Both the position numbers and the translations under genes were made by a program. A stretch of 64,000 bases of DNA from an uncultured Gammaproteobacteria bacterium (GTDB lineage Bacteria > Pseudomonadota > Gammaproteobacteria > GCF-002020875): contig CAXCCG010000001.1 in NCBI GenBank assembly GCA_963981015.1, positions 12,560 to 76,559 on the forward strand, given 5' to 3'. The notes beneath the pieces are model-generated. The model had not been told where the DNA came from. It was given only the letters and a program-made list of their open reading frames with translations, and did not search any database. Shown here piece after piece: positions 30,857 through 40,630 of this stretch. Numbering within the stretch: position 1 is the stretch's first letter; each line of letters starts with the position of its first letter.

Positions 30857-32212
30857 TTAATCCAGCGTTTCCATACGGATACGCATTACCGAACCATCCA
30901 CACAATCCAGCGCCTCAATGGCCTCAATCGCCCGGTTCATATGACCCTCCAAGGTCTTGTGCGTCAGTAGCACAACCGGCACCTGGCTACTTCCATCAGT
31001 GCCCCCCCCCGGGGAGCCCTCTCTACCAACTTCGCTGTCATTCACCTTGTCTTTCTGCACAAAGGCTTCGATACTGATCTCATTTTCACCCAGGATACGG
31101 GTAATATCCGCCAACACCCCCGGCTTGTCCTCTACTGCAATACGCAGGTAGTAGGCTGTCTCGATCTGCTCAATCGGCAGTATCGGCAGATCTTGCAGTG
31201 CATCCGGTTGGAAGGCGAGATGAGGGACGCGATTCTCTGGGTCTGCGGTCATTGCACGTACCACATCAACCACATCTGCCACCACTGCAGAGGCTGTTGG
31301 CTCATCGCCCGCGCCCGCTCCGTAGTAGAGCGTTGGTCCTACAGCATCCCCCATCACCAATACCGCATTCATCACTCCATCCACATTGGCGATCAGTTGG
31401 CGCTCCGGGATCAGTGTCGGGTGAACACGCAGTTCAACACCATTTTCTGCTTTACGTGCCACACCAAGGTGCTTGATGCGATAACCAAGCTCTTCCGCAT
31501 AGGCAACATCTTCTGCAGTAATTTTAGTAATCCCTTCTGTCATTGCCTGCTCAAACTGCAACGGTATCCCAAAGGCAATCGAGGCAAGGATAGTCAATTT
31601 ATGGGCTGCATCGATCCCCTCTACATCGAAGGTGGGGTCTGCCTCGGCATAGCCCAGCTCTTGCGCCTCTTTGAGCACATCCTCAAAGGCTCGCCCTTTG
31701 TCGCGCATCTCGGTGAGGATAAAATTACCCGTTCCGTTAATAATCCCCGCGAGCCACTGAATCTGGTTGGCCGCCAGCCCTTCACGCACCGACTTGATAA
31801 TGGGGATTCCACCCGCAACCGCCGCTTCAAAAGCGACCATTACCCCCTTTTTCTGTGCCAGTTCAAACAACTCATTACCGTGAGTTGCAATCAATGCCTT
31901 GTTGGCAGTGACCACATGCTTACCTTGTTTCAGTGCAGCAACCACCACTTCACGTGCAAACTCAGTACCACCCATCAGCTCCAGCACGATCTCTACTTCG
32001 GAGTCATTGGCTACTTCAAATGGATCTGTAGTGAGACGAATACCTTCGGTACCACAGATGCGGGGGCGATCCAAATCACGTACCGCCGCCATGCTCACTT
32101 CAATTTGACGTCCGGCACGACGTGCGATCTCCGCTGCATTGCGCGTCAATACATTTACACTACCACAGCCTACCGTACCTAACCCCAGCACACCCACTTT
32201 AACCGGTTTCAT
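30857..32212 (-). CDS. hom: homoserine dehydrogenase (with C-terminal ACT domain)
   Basis: 451 aa; N-terminal NAD-binding VGVLGLGTVG, catalytic domain, ACT tail. Confidence 0.93.
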   Translation of the reverse strand: MKPVKVGVLGLGTVGCGSVNVLTRNAAEIARRAGRQIEVSMAAVRDLDRPRICGTEGIRLTTDPFEVANDSEVEIVLELMGGTEFAREVVVAALKQGKHVVTANKALIATHGNELFELAQKKGVMVAFEAAVAGGIPIIKSVREGLAANQIQWLAGIINGTGNFILTEMRDKGRAFEDVLKEAQELGYAEADPTFDVEGIDAAHKLTILASIAFGIPLQFEQAMTEGITKITAEDVAYAEELGYRIKHLGVARKAENGVELRVHPTLIPERQLIANVDGVMNAVLVMGDAVGPTLYYGAGAGDEPTASAVVADVVDVVRAMTADPENRVPHLAFQPDALQDLPILPIEQIETAYYLRIAVEDKPGVLADITRILGENEISIEAFVQKDKVNDSEVGREGSPGGGTDGSSQVPVVLLTHKTLEGHMNRAIEAIEALDCVDGSVMRIRMETLD

Positions 32213-32284
32213 ATAATTCTCTATTTTTCTGTTTTCTCTCTACAACTTCTCACCAAAGGGTGCCATGTAAAAACCCTTGTGAGG

Positions 32285-33484
32285 CTATTCGTTGTCCATC
32301 ACACCATCTTTTCTAAACATCTCTCGAATACCACGCACCGCCTGTTTGGTACGGTGCTCGTTTTCAATCAGTCCGAAACGGACATACCCATCACCATACT
32401 CACCAAAACCGATACCAGGAGAGACTGCCACCCTCGCCTCTTTCAATAATTTCTTACAAAACTCCAGCGACCCCATCGCACGATAGGGTTCTGGAATAGG
32501 TGCCCAGACAAACATCGTCGCTTTCGGCGGTGTAACGCTCCACCCTACTGAGTTGAGACCATTGCAGAGCGCATCGCGCCGCTTCAGGTACATATCACAA
32601 ATATCCTGCACACAATCTTGAGGCCCTTCGAGTGCAGCAATAGCCGCCACTTGTATTGGGGTAAACATGCCGTAATCAAGGTAGGATTTCATTCTGGTCA
32701 AAGCTGCAACCAGAGTAGGGTTACCCACCATAAAGCCAACACGCCATCCCGGCATATTATAACTCTTGGAGAGGGTATAGAACTCTACCGCCACCTCTTT
32801 TGCCCCCTCGACCTGCATAATGGAGGGTGACTTGTAGCCATCAAAGACGATATCAGCATAAGCGAGGTCATGAACCACCCAGATCTTATGCTCCTTTGCC
32901 AAGGCGATCACCCGCTCAAAGAACTCCAGCTCAACACAGTGCGTGGTGGGGTTTCCGGGAAAGTTGAGTACCAGCATCTTGGGGCGTGGCCAGGAGTCTT
33001 TGATCGCTTTTTCCATCTCATTGAAAAAGTCCTCTTCTGAGTCCACCAGTGGTACATGTCGAATATCGGCACCGGCAATAATGAAACCGTAGGGATGGAT
33101 TGGGTAGGCTGGATTGGGGACCAGCACCGTATCTCCCGGTCCAACGGTCGCTAACGCCAGATGTGCCAAGCCCTCTTTTGAGCCAATAGTCACAATCGAC
33201 TCACTCTCCGGGTCTAACTCCACATCAAACTGATCTCGATACCAATTGCAGATTGCCCGACGCAGACGGGGAATCCCTCTGGACATCGAATAGCGATGGG
33301 TGTCCGGGCGCTGTGCAGCCTCGACCAGTTTATCCACGATATGTGGTGGGGTCGGCTGGTCAGGATTACCCATCCCAAAATCAATAATATCCTCTCCCCG
33401 CTTTCTCGCTTTTGCCTTCAACTCATTGACAATATTGAAAACATAAGGGGGCAGACGTTTAATTCTCTGAAAATCTTCAATCAA
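32285..33484 (-). CDS. PLP-dependent aminotransferase, class I (AlaC/aspartate aminotransferase-like)
   Basis: 399 aa; fold-type I aminotransferase signature ([12 protein letters not shown]); conserved upstream of hom-thrC in many Gammaproteobacteria. Confidence 0.85.
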   Translation of the reverse strand: MIEDFQRIKRLPPYVFNIVNELKAKARKRGEDIIDFGMGNPDQPTPPHIVDKLVEAAQRPDTHRYSMSRGIPRLRRAICNWYRDQFDVELDPESESIVTIGSKEGLAHLALATVGPGDTVLVPNPAYPIHPYGFIIAGADIRHVPLVDSEEDFFNEMEKAIKDSWPRPKMLVLNFPGNPTTHCVELEFFERVIALAKEHKIWVVHDLAYADIVFDGYKSPSIMQVEGAKEVAVEFYTLSKSYNMPGWRVGFMVGNPTLVAALTRMKSYLDYGMFTPIQVAAIAALEGPQDCVQDICDMYLKRRDALCNGLNSVGWSVTPPKATMFVWAPIPEPYRAMGSLEFCKKLLKEARVAVSPGIGFGEYGDGYVRFGLIENEHRTKQAVRGIREMFRKDGVMDNE

Positions 33485-33655
33485 GATGATTGCTCCAGCA
33501 CTCTACAAACCATTCAAAATAAGACAGCGCGCAAGTATAACACTACGATTCAAGATAAATACCAACATAACCAAGCCATCTTTTCTGCTTTTCTATCCAG
33601 ACAGAGAATAGCTACAATAGCGCTATTCTTGTAACTCTCCTCTAAAACTTGCTTC

Positions 33656-34030
33656 ATGAATCTACTTCAAGCTACCTATGAAGATGGGCACTCTATTCGT
33701 CGCTATTCAACGACCACGATCCAGATTGCAGAAAAGGTCTACCAACGTTCTCTGCTCCTGGCTCCAGATAGCATTAACCCCGGCTGGGGTCCAGACAACC
33801 CGAACAGACTCAACTCGGCACATTTGGACATGATCGCTCAGCTATCTCCTGAAGTAATTTTGTTGGGGACAGGCCTGAGGCGTGTACTCTTTACCACGCC
33901 TGAGCAGCAACATTGGTTACAACGCTTTCCGGGCATGGAGATTATGGAGACGGGTGCAGCCTGTCGGACCTATAACCTGCTCTTATCTGAAGGACGCCGT
34001 GTGGTTGCGGGGCTTATTCTTGAACGATAA
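33656..34030 (+). CDS. Mth938-like (DUF498) domain protein
   Basis: 124 aa; VILLGTG...NLLLSEGRRVVAGLIL pattern typical of Mth938/Xcc1710-like proteins. Confidence 0.6.
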   Translation: MNLLQATYEDGHSIRRYSTTTIQIAEKVYQRSLLLAPDSINPGWGPDNPNRLNSAHLDMIAQLSPEVILLGTGLRRVLFTTPEQQHWLQRFPGMEIMETGAACRTYNLLLSEGRRVVAGLILER

Positions 34031-34051
34031 TTGTTAAAAGCGAGGTTTCTA

Positions 34052-34357
34052 CTATTCTGGTAACTCAACCCACACGGCCCCTGCTTCAATTTTTAGCGGG
34101 TAAACGGTTACTGACTCCTCGGCAGGTGGCTCTAGCGGCTCTCCGCTCTGCAGACTAAAACGGCTTCCGTGCAACGAACAGCGCACTACTTCACCCTCCA
34201 GACAGCCCAGATCCAGTGCAATCACATCATGAGGACAGCGATTCGCAATCGCATAAAAACCAGTGGCCGTGTGCGCAACTAAAACATCATGCCCTCCGAA
34301 CTGATAGGCCCGCATCTTTCCTTCAGCCAACTCATCAACATTGAGTAGTTTTTGCAT
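34052..34357 (-). CDS. Rieske [2Fe-2S] ferredoxin-like protein
   Basis: 101 aa; CPH...(16)...CSLHGSRF Rieske cluster-binding boxes. Confidence 0.85.
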   Translation of the reverse strand: MQKLLNVDELAEGKMRAYQFGGHDVLVAHTATGFYAIANRCPHDVIALDLGCLEGEVVRCSLHGSRFSLQSGEPLEPPAEESVTVYPLKIEAGAVWVELPE

Positions 34358-35514
34358 CAGATTCGCCCGGCCGCCCCGCCACTCTTGAGCACATCCCGAA
34401 CCAGCTCCGCCCCTTGCTCCAGTGTTTCACAGCGCCCAAGATGATGTAGCACAAGCGTTGCACTCAACAACAATGTATCGAAGGTAATTCCCTCTCTGCC
34501 CTCAAGCGCCTTAATGCCCGCCTCCGCAGCACGCTTTGAGATCTCTTCATTACCCTCGACCCCAACGGGTATCGCTGGGGCACGAAGGTCATGCTGAATA
34601 CCAAGAGACTCAGGATCTACCTCAACCGCCACCTCAGGTTGCTCTCCAATAAACTGGTAGGTTGTAGATGCCTGTCGCAGAGATGCCGTTACCCCTCCTT
34701 CAACACCACGCACCAGCAGTGCGGAGTCAAACCCACCATGTCGTGCCAGCATTGCATAGATGGGCGCATAAGGTTTATGTACATAACCTGTCATCAGATG
34801 TGTCTGCTGCCTGCCACGAATTGGGCGCGTCAGTACCTCTGCCGTGGTGATCACACTGCGCTTGATTAATTCGTTTCGCAATGGGATCAGCTCATGCAGC
34901 ATTGGGCAGGAGTATTTCTGGTCAATATAAGCCCACCCCTTAGAACGGTCTCCCAACTGAGCCGCCGCTGCCTCAACCGATAAATCCACATTTACACCCG
35001 CTGCACGCAACATCTGTCGATGAGTAAATCCATACTTTGGGCTCACCGTCTCCAAACCCTGAGTAACCGCGGGGATCCCCAGCTCTGCCAATAGTGGCGC
35101 CAAAAAGGGGGCTGCCGGTAAGGTACGATTATAACCATTATAAGGATCTGCAATATCAACTACCTCATCCACCGCTGCAGTCGCTGTATGGGTAAGATCC
35201 TGAATACCACTTAAAATGCCACAATTCTCACCATCGGTTTCTCGTTTCATTCTCAGTGCAATCAGAAACACGGCCGCCTGAACCTGGCTCACATGCCCTT
35301 CCAGAATTGCACGCATCCCAATTCGAACCTCTTCCTGATCAACATCTTTGCTCAGGGTTGGGCCCGTAGCTATTCGTTGAATAATGGACCGCATCACCTC
35401 TTGGGCATGCGCTGGATCTAGGGAAGAGAGCGTTGTCATACAATGATTCCTTTCATTAAATTTGATTTTTATCATATCGACTGTATCATAACTGGCGCAG
35501 TTTTCACCCAACAC
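34357..35514 (-). CDS. glycosyl transferase family 3 / TrpD-like phosphoribosyltransferase paralog (likely start at MTTLSS, 35439)
   Basis: N-terminal helical domain with VQAAVFLIALRMKRETDGEN resembles TrpD/YbiB family; stop overlaps Rieske gene start. Confidence 0.6.
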   Translation of the reverse strand: MLGENCASYDTVDMIKIKFNERNHCMTTLSSLDPAHAQEVMRSIIQRIATGPTLSKDVDQEEVRIGMRAILEGHVSQVQAAVFLIALRMKRETDGENCGILSGIQDLTHTATAAVDEVVDIADPYNGYNRTLPAAPFLAPLLAELGIPAVTQGLETVSPKYGFTHRQMLRAAGVNVDLSVEAAAAQLGDRSKGWAYIDQKYSCPMLHELIPLRNELIKRSVITTAEVLTRPIRGRQQTHLMTGYVHKPYAPIYAMLARHGGFDSALLVRGVEGGVTASLRQASTTYQFIGEQPEVAVEVDPESLGIQHDLRAPAIPVGVEGNEEISKRAAEAGIKALEGREGITFDTLLLSATLVLHHLGRCETLEQGAELVRDVLKSGGAAGRI

Positions 35515-35535
35515 GATATTTACAAGGAACGATAA

Positions 35536-35706
35536 TATGAACGTAGATCAACATATCAAAGTAGCAGAATGGCACATGGAACAGGCTCGCCTGCATGCTG
35601 CAAATGGTGACCACAGCTGTGGCTGTCCTGCGAACGAACATGACCAGAAGGCCATTGATGCGGTCGAGAAAGGTAACGTTGAAGAGGAGACCGCTTGTAG
35701 CGTCTA
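35536..35706 (+). CDS. small Cys-containing hypothetical protein (56 aa, not in the ORF track)
   Basis: Translation is MNVDQHIKVAEWHMEQARLHAANGDHSCGCPANEHDQKAIDAVEKGNVEEETACSV. It has an SD (AAGGAAcgataatATG) and a dedicated intrinsic terminator downstream. Confidence 0.4.
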
Positions 35707-35775
35707 GCTCAATCATAGGAAGCTTGCTGCTCTGAACCTGAGACAACAGCAGAGCCTCTGATTTACCTAAGAGGT

Positions 35776-35807
35776 CCGGCACAGATAGACTGTGTCGGGC
35801 TTTTTTT
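35776..35807 (+). terminator. Rho-independent terminator
   Basis: CCGGCACAG-atagac-CTGTGTCGG hairpin followed by T7. Confidence 0.6.
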
Positions 35808-35829
35808 ACGCACTCTTTTTTATTCTCTT

Positions 35830-36534
35830 TTGGCTTATGTCTATACTTCGCACACTATGCTCACAGAATCACTCCTCTTCTCAGCCTTTTTAATGGGGCT
35901 ACTGGGCAGCACCCACTGTGCTGGAATGTGTGGCGGCATTGTCTCTGCACTGACCATTGGCATTGAACAACAGCAACGCAAGCAGCATATCGCCACCTAC
36001 CTAGTAGCCTACAACAGCGGACGAATATTCAGCTACATGGTAGCCGGGGCACTGATTGCCAGTATCGGCAATATACTGGGCGTTATCGCTGACGCGATCA
36101 TCGTTCGCCAGTTGCTGACACTCTTCTCGGCCAGCTTGTTGATCTTGCTTGGATTCTATCTGAGCGGTCTCTGGCCAACGGCAATCCTTAAAATTGAACA
36201 GGGTGGTGCGTACCTTTGGAGGTTCATTGAACCCACAGCACAACGCTGGATTCCCATTCGCACCAACGCTCAGGCCATTGTTGCCGGTCTGCTTTGGGGC
36301 TGGATTCCCTGTGGCCTAGTCTATACTGCACTACTTTGGGCAATGTCCGCTGAGAGCATCTTGTACGGTGCGCTGATTATGGGTAGCTTTGGCCTGGGGA
36401 CGCTACCTGCCCTGTTTGGTCTTGGACTCTTCTCAGGTGAACTCAGCAAACATCTGCAACAACAGTGGGTACGCCTGACTACAGGTATAATGGTCGCCTC
36501 TTTTGGTCTATTTCAGCTGACGACACTCTACTAA
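35830..36534 (+). CDS. DsbD_2/COG2836-family membrane protein (CcdA-like thiol-disulfide membrane protein)
   Basis: 234 aa polytopic membrane protein with GSTHCAGMCGG motif in the first TM helix; likely start at MLTESLL (35857). Confidence 0.55.
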   Translation: MAYVYTSHTMLTESLLFSAFLMGLLGSTHCAGMCGGIVSALTIGIEQQQRKQHIATYLVAYNSGRIFSYMVAGALIASIGNILGVIADAIIVRQLLTLFSASLLILLGFYLSGLWPTAILKIEQGGAYLWRFIEPTAQRWIPIRTNAQAIVAGLLWGWIPCGLVYTALLWAMSAESILYGALIMGSFGLGTLPALFGLGLFSGELSKHLQQQWVRLTTGIMVASFGLFQLTTLY

Positions 36535-36537
36535 ACC

Positions 36538-37050
36538 ATGAAATTCAATATTGATGAAGCCCAACTCAAGGCAAGCAAGATCCCTCATGAGATCTTTCTG
36601 ACCAACCTGATCGTTAACCATATTCTCTACTTTATCTCTGCACTGGGGATCATCAAATCAATCCCTCAACTGGTGATGGTCACTCCTGTCGTCTCCGTTC
36701 TGGCGCTCAGTTATATTCTGATCCACGGCAAACAGATGGTCAAAAATGCCCCCTGGTTTGTGCAGTGTCATTGGCGCATTGCGATGAACCGCAGCCGCCT
36801 GCTACTACTGATGATTGTTGGACTTATTACACTACTGAGCTCACTGTACGCGGTACACCTCTACGGTGAAGTTGCCTTTTCACAAGTCTTCCCGTTTGCC
36901 GCAGTGGTCACCCTTCCCGTCATGATAACGATTCTGGCATTGATCCTGATGGAGTCAGAAGCTTTACATTTTTCCCGTAACGGACAGCTCTCCAAATCGA
37001 TGGTTGAGAAATTCCCTCCCCCCACAGATATCGAAGTGGTTGAGGTCTAG
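36538..37050 (+). CDS. hypothetical membrane protein
   Basis: 170 aa, 4 predicted TM segments; 3 nt after previous gene. Confidence 0.45.
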   Translation: MKFNIDEAQLKASKIPHEIFLTNLIVNHILYFISALGIIKSIPQLVMVTPVVSVLALSYILIHGKQMVKNAPWFVQCHWRIAMNRSRLLLLMIVGLITLLSSLYAVHLYGEVAFSQVFPFAAVVTLPVMITILALILMESEALHFSRNGQLSKSMVEKFPPPTDIEVVEV

Positions 37051-37728
37051 ATGATGCAACGCACCGGACTGCTTGCTGTTCTACTTCTGACCACCCTGCT
37101 CTTTTTGGCAGCCTCTTTCATCCCGGATGAATCCGTTGGGCCGCAGCACAATACACCATGGGACATTACCCTCTCCACTACTGGCAATAGCCAGCTGTTT
37201 GGCATTACTCTGGGGGAAAGTCTGTTGGATGATGCACAACGGCAGTGGAAAGAGGCTGCAGAGATCACCCTTTTCCTGACTGAAGGTGCCCCCTCAAAGG
37301 TCGAGGCCTATTTTCAACAAGTCACTGTTGGTGGCCTTCGCGCCAGCATAGTTGCCGAGATCCAGGTCAACGAGAAGGAGATGACAACCTTGATTAATCA
37401 AGGTGCGCGGATCTCTACCCAAGGGGACGGCAGTCGCAAAATCACTCTCAGTGATGAAGGGGTGAAGGGTGTTGAACAGAGCGTGGTCAATAGCCTCACC
37501 TATCTCCCAAAATCTAACCTCTCCAAAGAGATCATTCAACGCCGCTTTGGTCTGCCAAACCAGGTTTTTATCATGGAGAACGGCGTTGAACATTGGGTCT
37601 ACCCGCAGTGGGGGCTGGATATCGCAATTTCCGAGCAAGAAAAAGAGGTGCTCCAGTATGTTCCTCCCAGCCAGTTTGAGCGACTATTGGCTCCTCTTTT
37701 AAAAACACAGCAAGCCCCCACGACATGA
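37051..37728 (+). CDS. hypothetical secreted protein
   Basis: 225 aa with N-terminal signal peptide (LLAVLLLTTLLFLAASF); translationally coupled to the upstream ORF. Confidence 0.45.
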   Translation: MMQRTGLLAVLLLTTLLFLAASFIPDESVGPQHNTPWDITLSTTGNSQLFGITLGESLLDDAQRQWKEAAEITLFLTEGAPSKVEAYFQQVTVGGLRASIVAEIQVNEKEMTTLINQGARISTQGDGSRKITLSDEGVKGVEQSVVNSLTYLPKSNLSKEIIQRRFGLPNQVFIMENGVEHWVYPQWGLDIAISEQEKEVLQYVPPSQFERLLAPLLKTQQAPTT

Positions 37729-37955
37729 TCACCCTTGACCCACTTTCTGACCTGGTAGATGAACATATTGCAGTAATCTACACCCCAACACAGCGTCGCA
37801 AACGCTTTCCAGAAAACTGCGTTCAGATTGTGGACAGCTTCGAGGCGGCAATTAAAGGAGCTGCTGAGCTTGAAAACAGTCATGCGGCCCGAGTACTGGG
37901 TCCCGCACGCTCTTCGGAGGGAGTGATGCTCTACTATCTTGTTCAGTGGATATAA
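37725..37955 (+). CDS. hypothetical protein
   Basis: 76 aa ORF overlapping upstream gene stop by 4 nt. Confidence 0.3.
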   Translation: MITLDPLSDLVDEHIAVIYTPTQRRKRFPENCVQIVDSFEAAIKGAAELENSHAARVLGPARSSEGVMLYYLVQWI

Positions 37956-38133
37956 ACAAACTCAACTTTTCTATTAAAATCATCAATTTATATAAATATA
38001 ATACTTTCTGGAATCTTAACTTCTTTATCCATGAAGTAGTTTGATGGAGTCCCTTTTGGACACGCAACACTCCATTCACGACCGTTATAGTCGGCTTTAT
38101 TCAAAATAATTACACTTTTTCATAAATTGACAT

Positions 38134-38162
38134 TTGACAATTTTTCAAACTTCGTCTATATT
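38134..38162 (+). promoter_or_regulatory. sigma70-type promoter (TTGACA-17-TATATT) in AT-rich 270-nt intergenic region
   Basis: Perfect -35 hexamer, 17-nt spacer and near-consensus -10, ~65 nt upstream of the 60-aa ORF / dsrA-like operon. Confidence 0.5.
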
Positions 38163-38227
38163 CCTGACTACATTGGTTGGTTATTACACCCAATACCATG
38201 GATTAACAATTATCAGGAGATACGCAC

Positions 38228-38410
38228 ATGAGAAGAGCAATTAAAGTTTGGGGTGCCATTATGAAAGATGGTTCACAAATCACAGAAGATACTGAGGGTG
38301 TTGTTTCCGTTACCTGCCACCCGGACCACTCCGTTACCACAATGGATCAGAACAACCAAAAGACCAAGTGGGATGGTGAATGGGTCTCTTACAACCCCCG
38401 TTACAACTAA
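38228..38410 (+). CDS. small hypothetical protein preceding dsrA-like gene
   Basis: 60 aa ORF with strong SD (CAGGAGatacgcacATG). Confidence 0.4.
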   Translation: MRRAIKVWGAIMKDGSQITEDTEGVVSVTCHPDHSVTTMDQNNQKTKWDGEWVSYNPRYN

Positions 38411-38422
38411 AACAACCTCTGC

Positions 38423-39838
38423 ATGATACAGAGCACTGAAAAGTGTCTGTTCATGCAGCCAATTAAACCCACAGGAGTCAATGATATGTCTGAGGAAAAG
38501 ACCAAACTCAATTCCGCCAGCCCCATTCTGGACATCCCAACCCCCAACCTTGATGAGCTGGAAAAGGGACCTTGGCCAAGTTACGTATCGGGGCTGAAAC
38601 GTCTGGCAGCAAGTGATGCCGCACAAGCGAAGATGATGCGGGGTGTAATCGGCACACTGGAACAATCTTTCGCCAACCGACGCGGTTACTGGAAAGGTGG
38701 AACTGTAGGTGTGATTGGATATGGCGGTGGTGTTATCCCCCGCTTCTCAGAGCTGAAGGATGACCAGGGTAAGGTCATGTATCCTGATGCTTTGGAGTTC
38801 CATACAATACGCATCATGCCGCCTTGGGGTAACCACTACAATAGCGCTCTGTTGCGCAAGATGTGTGATGTCTGGGAAGAGGCTGGTACCGGTCTCATTG
38901 CTATGCATGGTCAATCTGGAGATATTATGTTCCAGGGTACAGACACCGAAGGTGTTCAGGTTGCCTTTAATAAATTTAATGACGCTGAGACCTTCAAGGA
39001 TGTAGCAGAGGATTTTCAGTTTGATATGGGGGGTGCCGGACCCGCAGTGCGTACCTCAGTCGCCTGTGTGGGCGCGGCTCGCTGTGAACAGTCCTGCTTT
39101 GATGAAGGGAATCTGCAGCGTGCCACCATTAATAACTTCCTGGATGATATGCACCGCCCCGCCCTACCGTACAAGATGAAATGGAAGTTCTCGGGATGTC
39201 CAAACGACTGTACCAACTCTATTCAGCGTGCTGATATGGCGGTAATCGGTACTTGGCGAGATGAGATCAGAATCAATCAAGACGGCTGGAAGGCGATGGT
39301 TGCCGACAAAGGGATAAAATATGTCGTTGATAACATCACCAGCCGTTGCCCTGGTCAGTGCATGACTGTCAACGATGACACTAGTCTCGAAATTGAGAAT
39401 AAACAGTGTGTACGCTGTATGCACTGTATCAATGTAGTTGCCCCATTGAGCCAACAGTATGCCGGCAAAGAGGGCGACGCCATTCTCGCACAAGGCGAAG
39501 ACAAGGGTATTACCATTCTCATGGGGGGTAAACGTACACTGAAGATTGGTGACCTCTTTGGCACTGTGATTGTTCCATTCATGAAAGTAGATACCGAAGA
39601 GGGTATCGAAGCTTTCCTCGAAATCAGTGAAAACCATGTCGACTTCTTTGCCGAGAATGCACTTGAGCATGAGCGTTCCGGTGAGATGATTGAGCGTATT
39701 GGTCTACCCGCCTACCTGGAAGGTATGGGGATTGAGGTTGAACCAGAGATGATCAATGAACCACGTCAAAGCCCCTATGTCCGTATGGATGATTGGGACA
39801 ACGAGGTTGCGAAGTGGAATGATAAAAAGAGTGCGTAA
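38423..39838 (+). CDS. dsrA: dissimilatory-type sulfite reductase alpha-subunit-like protein (DsrA family); probable start at 38484 (MSEEK)
   Basis: LDELEKGPWPSYVSGLKRLA N-terminal signature of DsrA. Siroheme-[4Fe-4S] motif CVGAARC...CPNDC. Ferredoxin insert CVRCMHC. SD AGGAG before 38484. Confidence 0.7.
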   Translation: MIQSTEKCLFMQPIKPTGVNDMSEEKTKLNSASPILDIPTPNLDELEKGPWPSYVSGLKRLAASDAAQAKMMRGVIGTLEQSFANRRGYWKGGTVGVIGYGGGVIPRFSELKDDQGKVMYPDALEFHTIRIMPPWGNHYNSALLRKMCDVWEEAGTGLIAMHGQSGDIMFQGTDTEGVQVAFNKFNDAETFKDVAEDFQFDMGGAGPAVRTSVACVGAARCEQSCFDEGNLQRATINNFLDDMHRPALPYKMKWKFSGCPNDCTNSIQRADMAVIGTWRDEIRINQDGWKAMVADKGIKYVVDNITSRCPGQCMTVNDDTSLEIENKQCVRCMHCINVVAPLSQQYAGKEGDAILAQGEDKGITILMGGKRTLKIGDLFGTVIVPFMKVDTEEGIEAFLEISENHVDFFAENALEHERSGEMIERIGLPAYLEGMGIEVEPEMINEPRQSPYVRMDDWDNEVAKWNDKKSA

Positions 39839-39873
39839 GGTAAGCTGAGAACCCTCCTCTCTTGGCAAACCGG

Positions 39874-39903
39874 ATGCCCCCTGTTTTCAGGGGGCATTTT
39901 TTA
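39874..39903 (+). terminator. Rho-independent terminator after dsrA-like gene
   Basis: ATGCCCCCT-gttttc-AGGGGGCAT followed by TTTTTT. Confidence 0.7.
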
Positions 39904-39916
39904 TGCAACACTCTTA

Positions 39917-40076
39917 AGGAACCTCTGAATAAGTCATGTGTAAATGCCTAACGCCCATAGCGTCCAATATCTTCGTTGAAAACCTTGCTAATAGCCTGCT
40001 ATTGGCTGCGATCTTCGCCTTGATCTTGGACACTATGGACGTAATTCAAATTACCCAGACTTGTTCAGAGGTTCCT
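39917..40076. mobile_element. MITE copy 3 (160 bp, perfect 19-bp TIRs, TA flanks)
   Basis: TIRs AGGAACCTCTGAATAAGTC / GACTTGTTCAGAGGTTCCT; TA at 39915-39916 and 40077-40078. Confidence 0.88.
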
Positions 40077-40140
40077 TAAACTTAGAATTCTAGGCTTAAA
40101 CAGAAAAATATTATTAATTTCAGACAACGGAGAATTATCC

Positions 40141-40617
40141 ATGCTAGAAACGGGCGAAACTATTCCTCATTTTTCAAAACCTGATCAAGAGGGTAATGAG
40201 AAGGCCTTCAGTGACCTTACAGGAGAAAAAGGGCTTATCCTCTACTTCTACCCCAAAGACAACACACCCGGATGCACCAATGAGGCAAAAGATTTTCGGG
40301 ATGAGATTGAAACCTTCAGAAAAATGGGGGTTGAGGTGGTTGGTGTCTCCAAAGACACGGCACGCACCCATACCAACTTCATCACCAAGCATGAACTCCC
40401 TTTTACACTGCTCAGCGACAGTGATCCAGAGGCAGAGATGTGTCAAGCCTTTGGGGTATGGCAAGAGAAGAAAAATTACGGCAAGGTCTATATGGGGATT
40501 GTGCGAACCACATTTCTGATTGATGCAAAAGGCACGATTCTGAAAGTCTACAACAAGGTACGCGTCAAAGAGCATGTATCAGAAGTCTTCTCAGATACCC
40601 GCAATTTACTCAAATAA
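40141..40617 (+). CDS. bcp: thiol peroxidase Bcp (peroxiredoxin Q family)
   Basis: 158 aa; FYPKDNTPGCT peroxidatic-Cys motif. Confidence 0.9.
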   Translation: MLETGETIPHFSKPDQEGNEKAFSDLTGEKGLILYFYPKDNTPGCTNEAKDFRDEIETFRKMGVEVVGVSKDTARTHTNFITKHELPFTLLSDSDPEAEMCQAFGVWQEKKNYGKVYMGIVRTTFLIDAKGTILKVYNKVRVKEHVSEVFSDTRNLLK

Positions 40618-40630
40618 AACCCGAACCTGA

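Noticed and set aside
31193-32182. 329-aa plus-strand ORF
   Set aside because: It lies entirely antisense within hom, whose product has clear homology; Cys/His-rich low-complexity translation typical of antisense artefacts.
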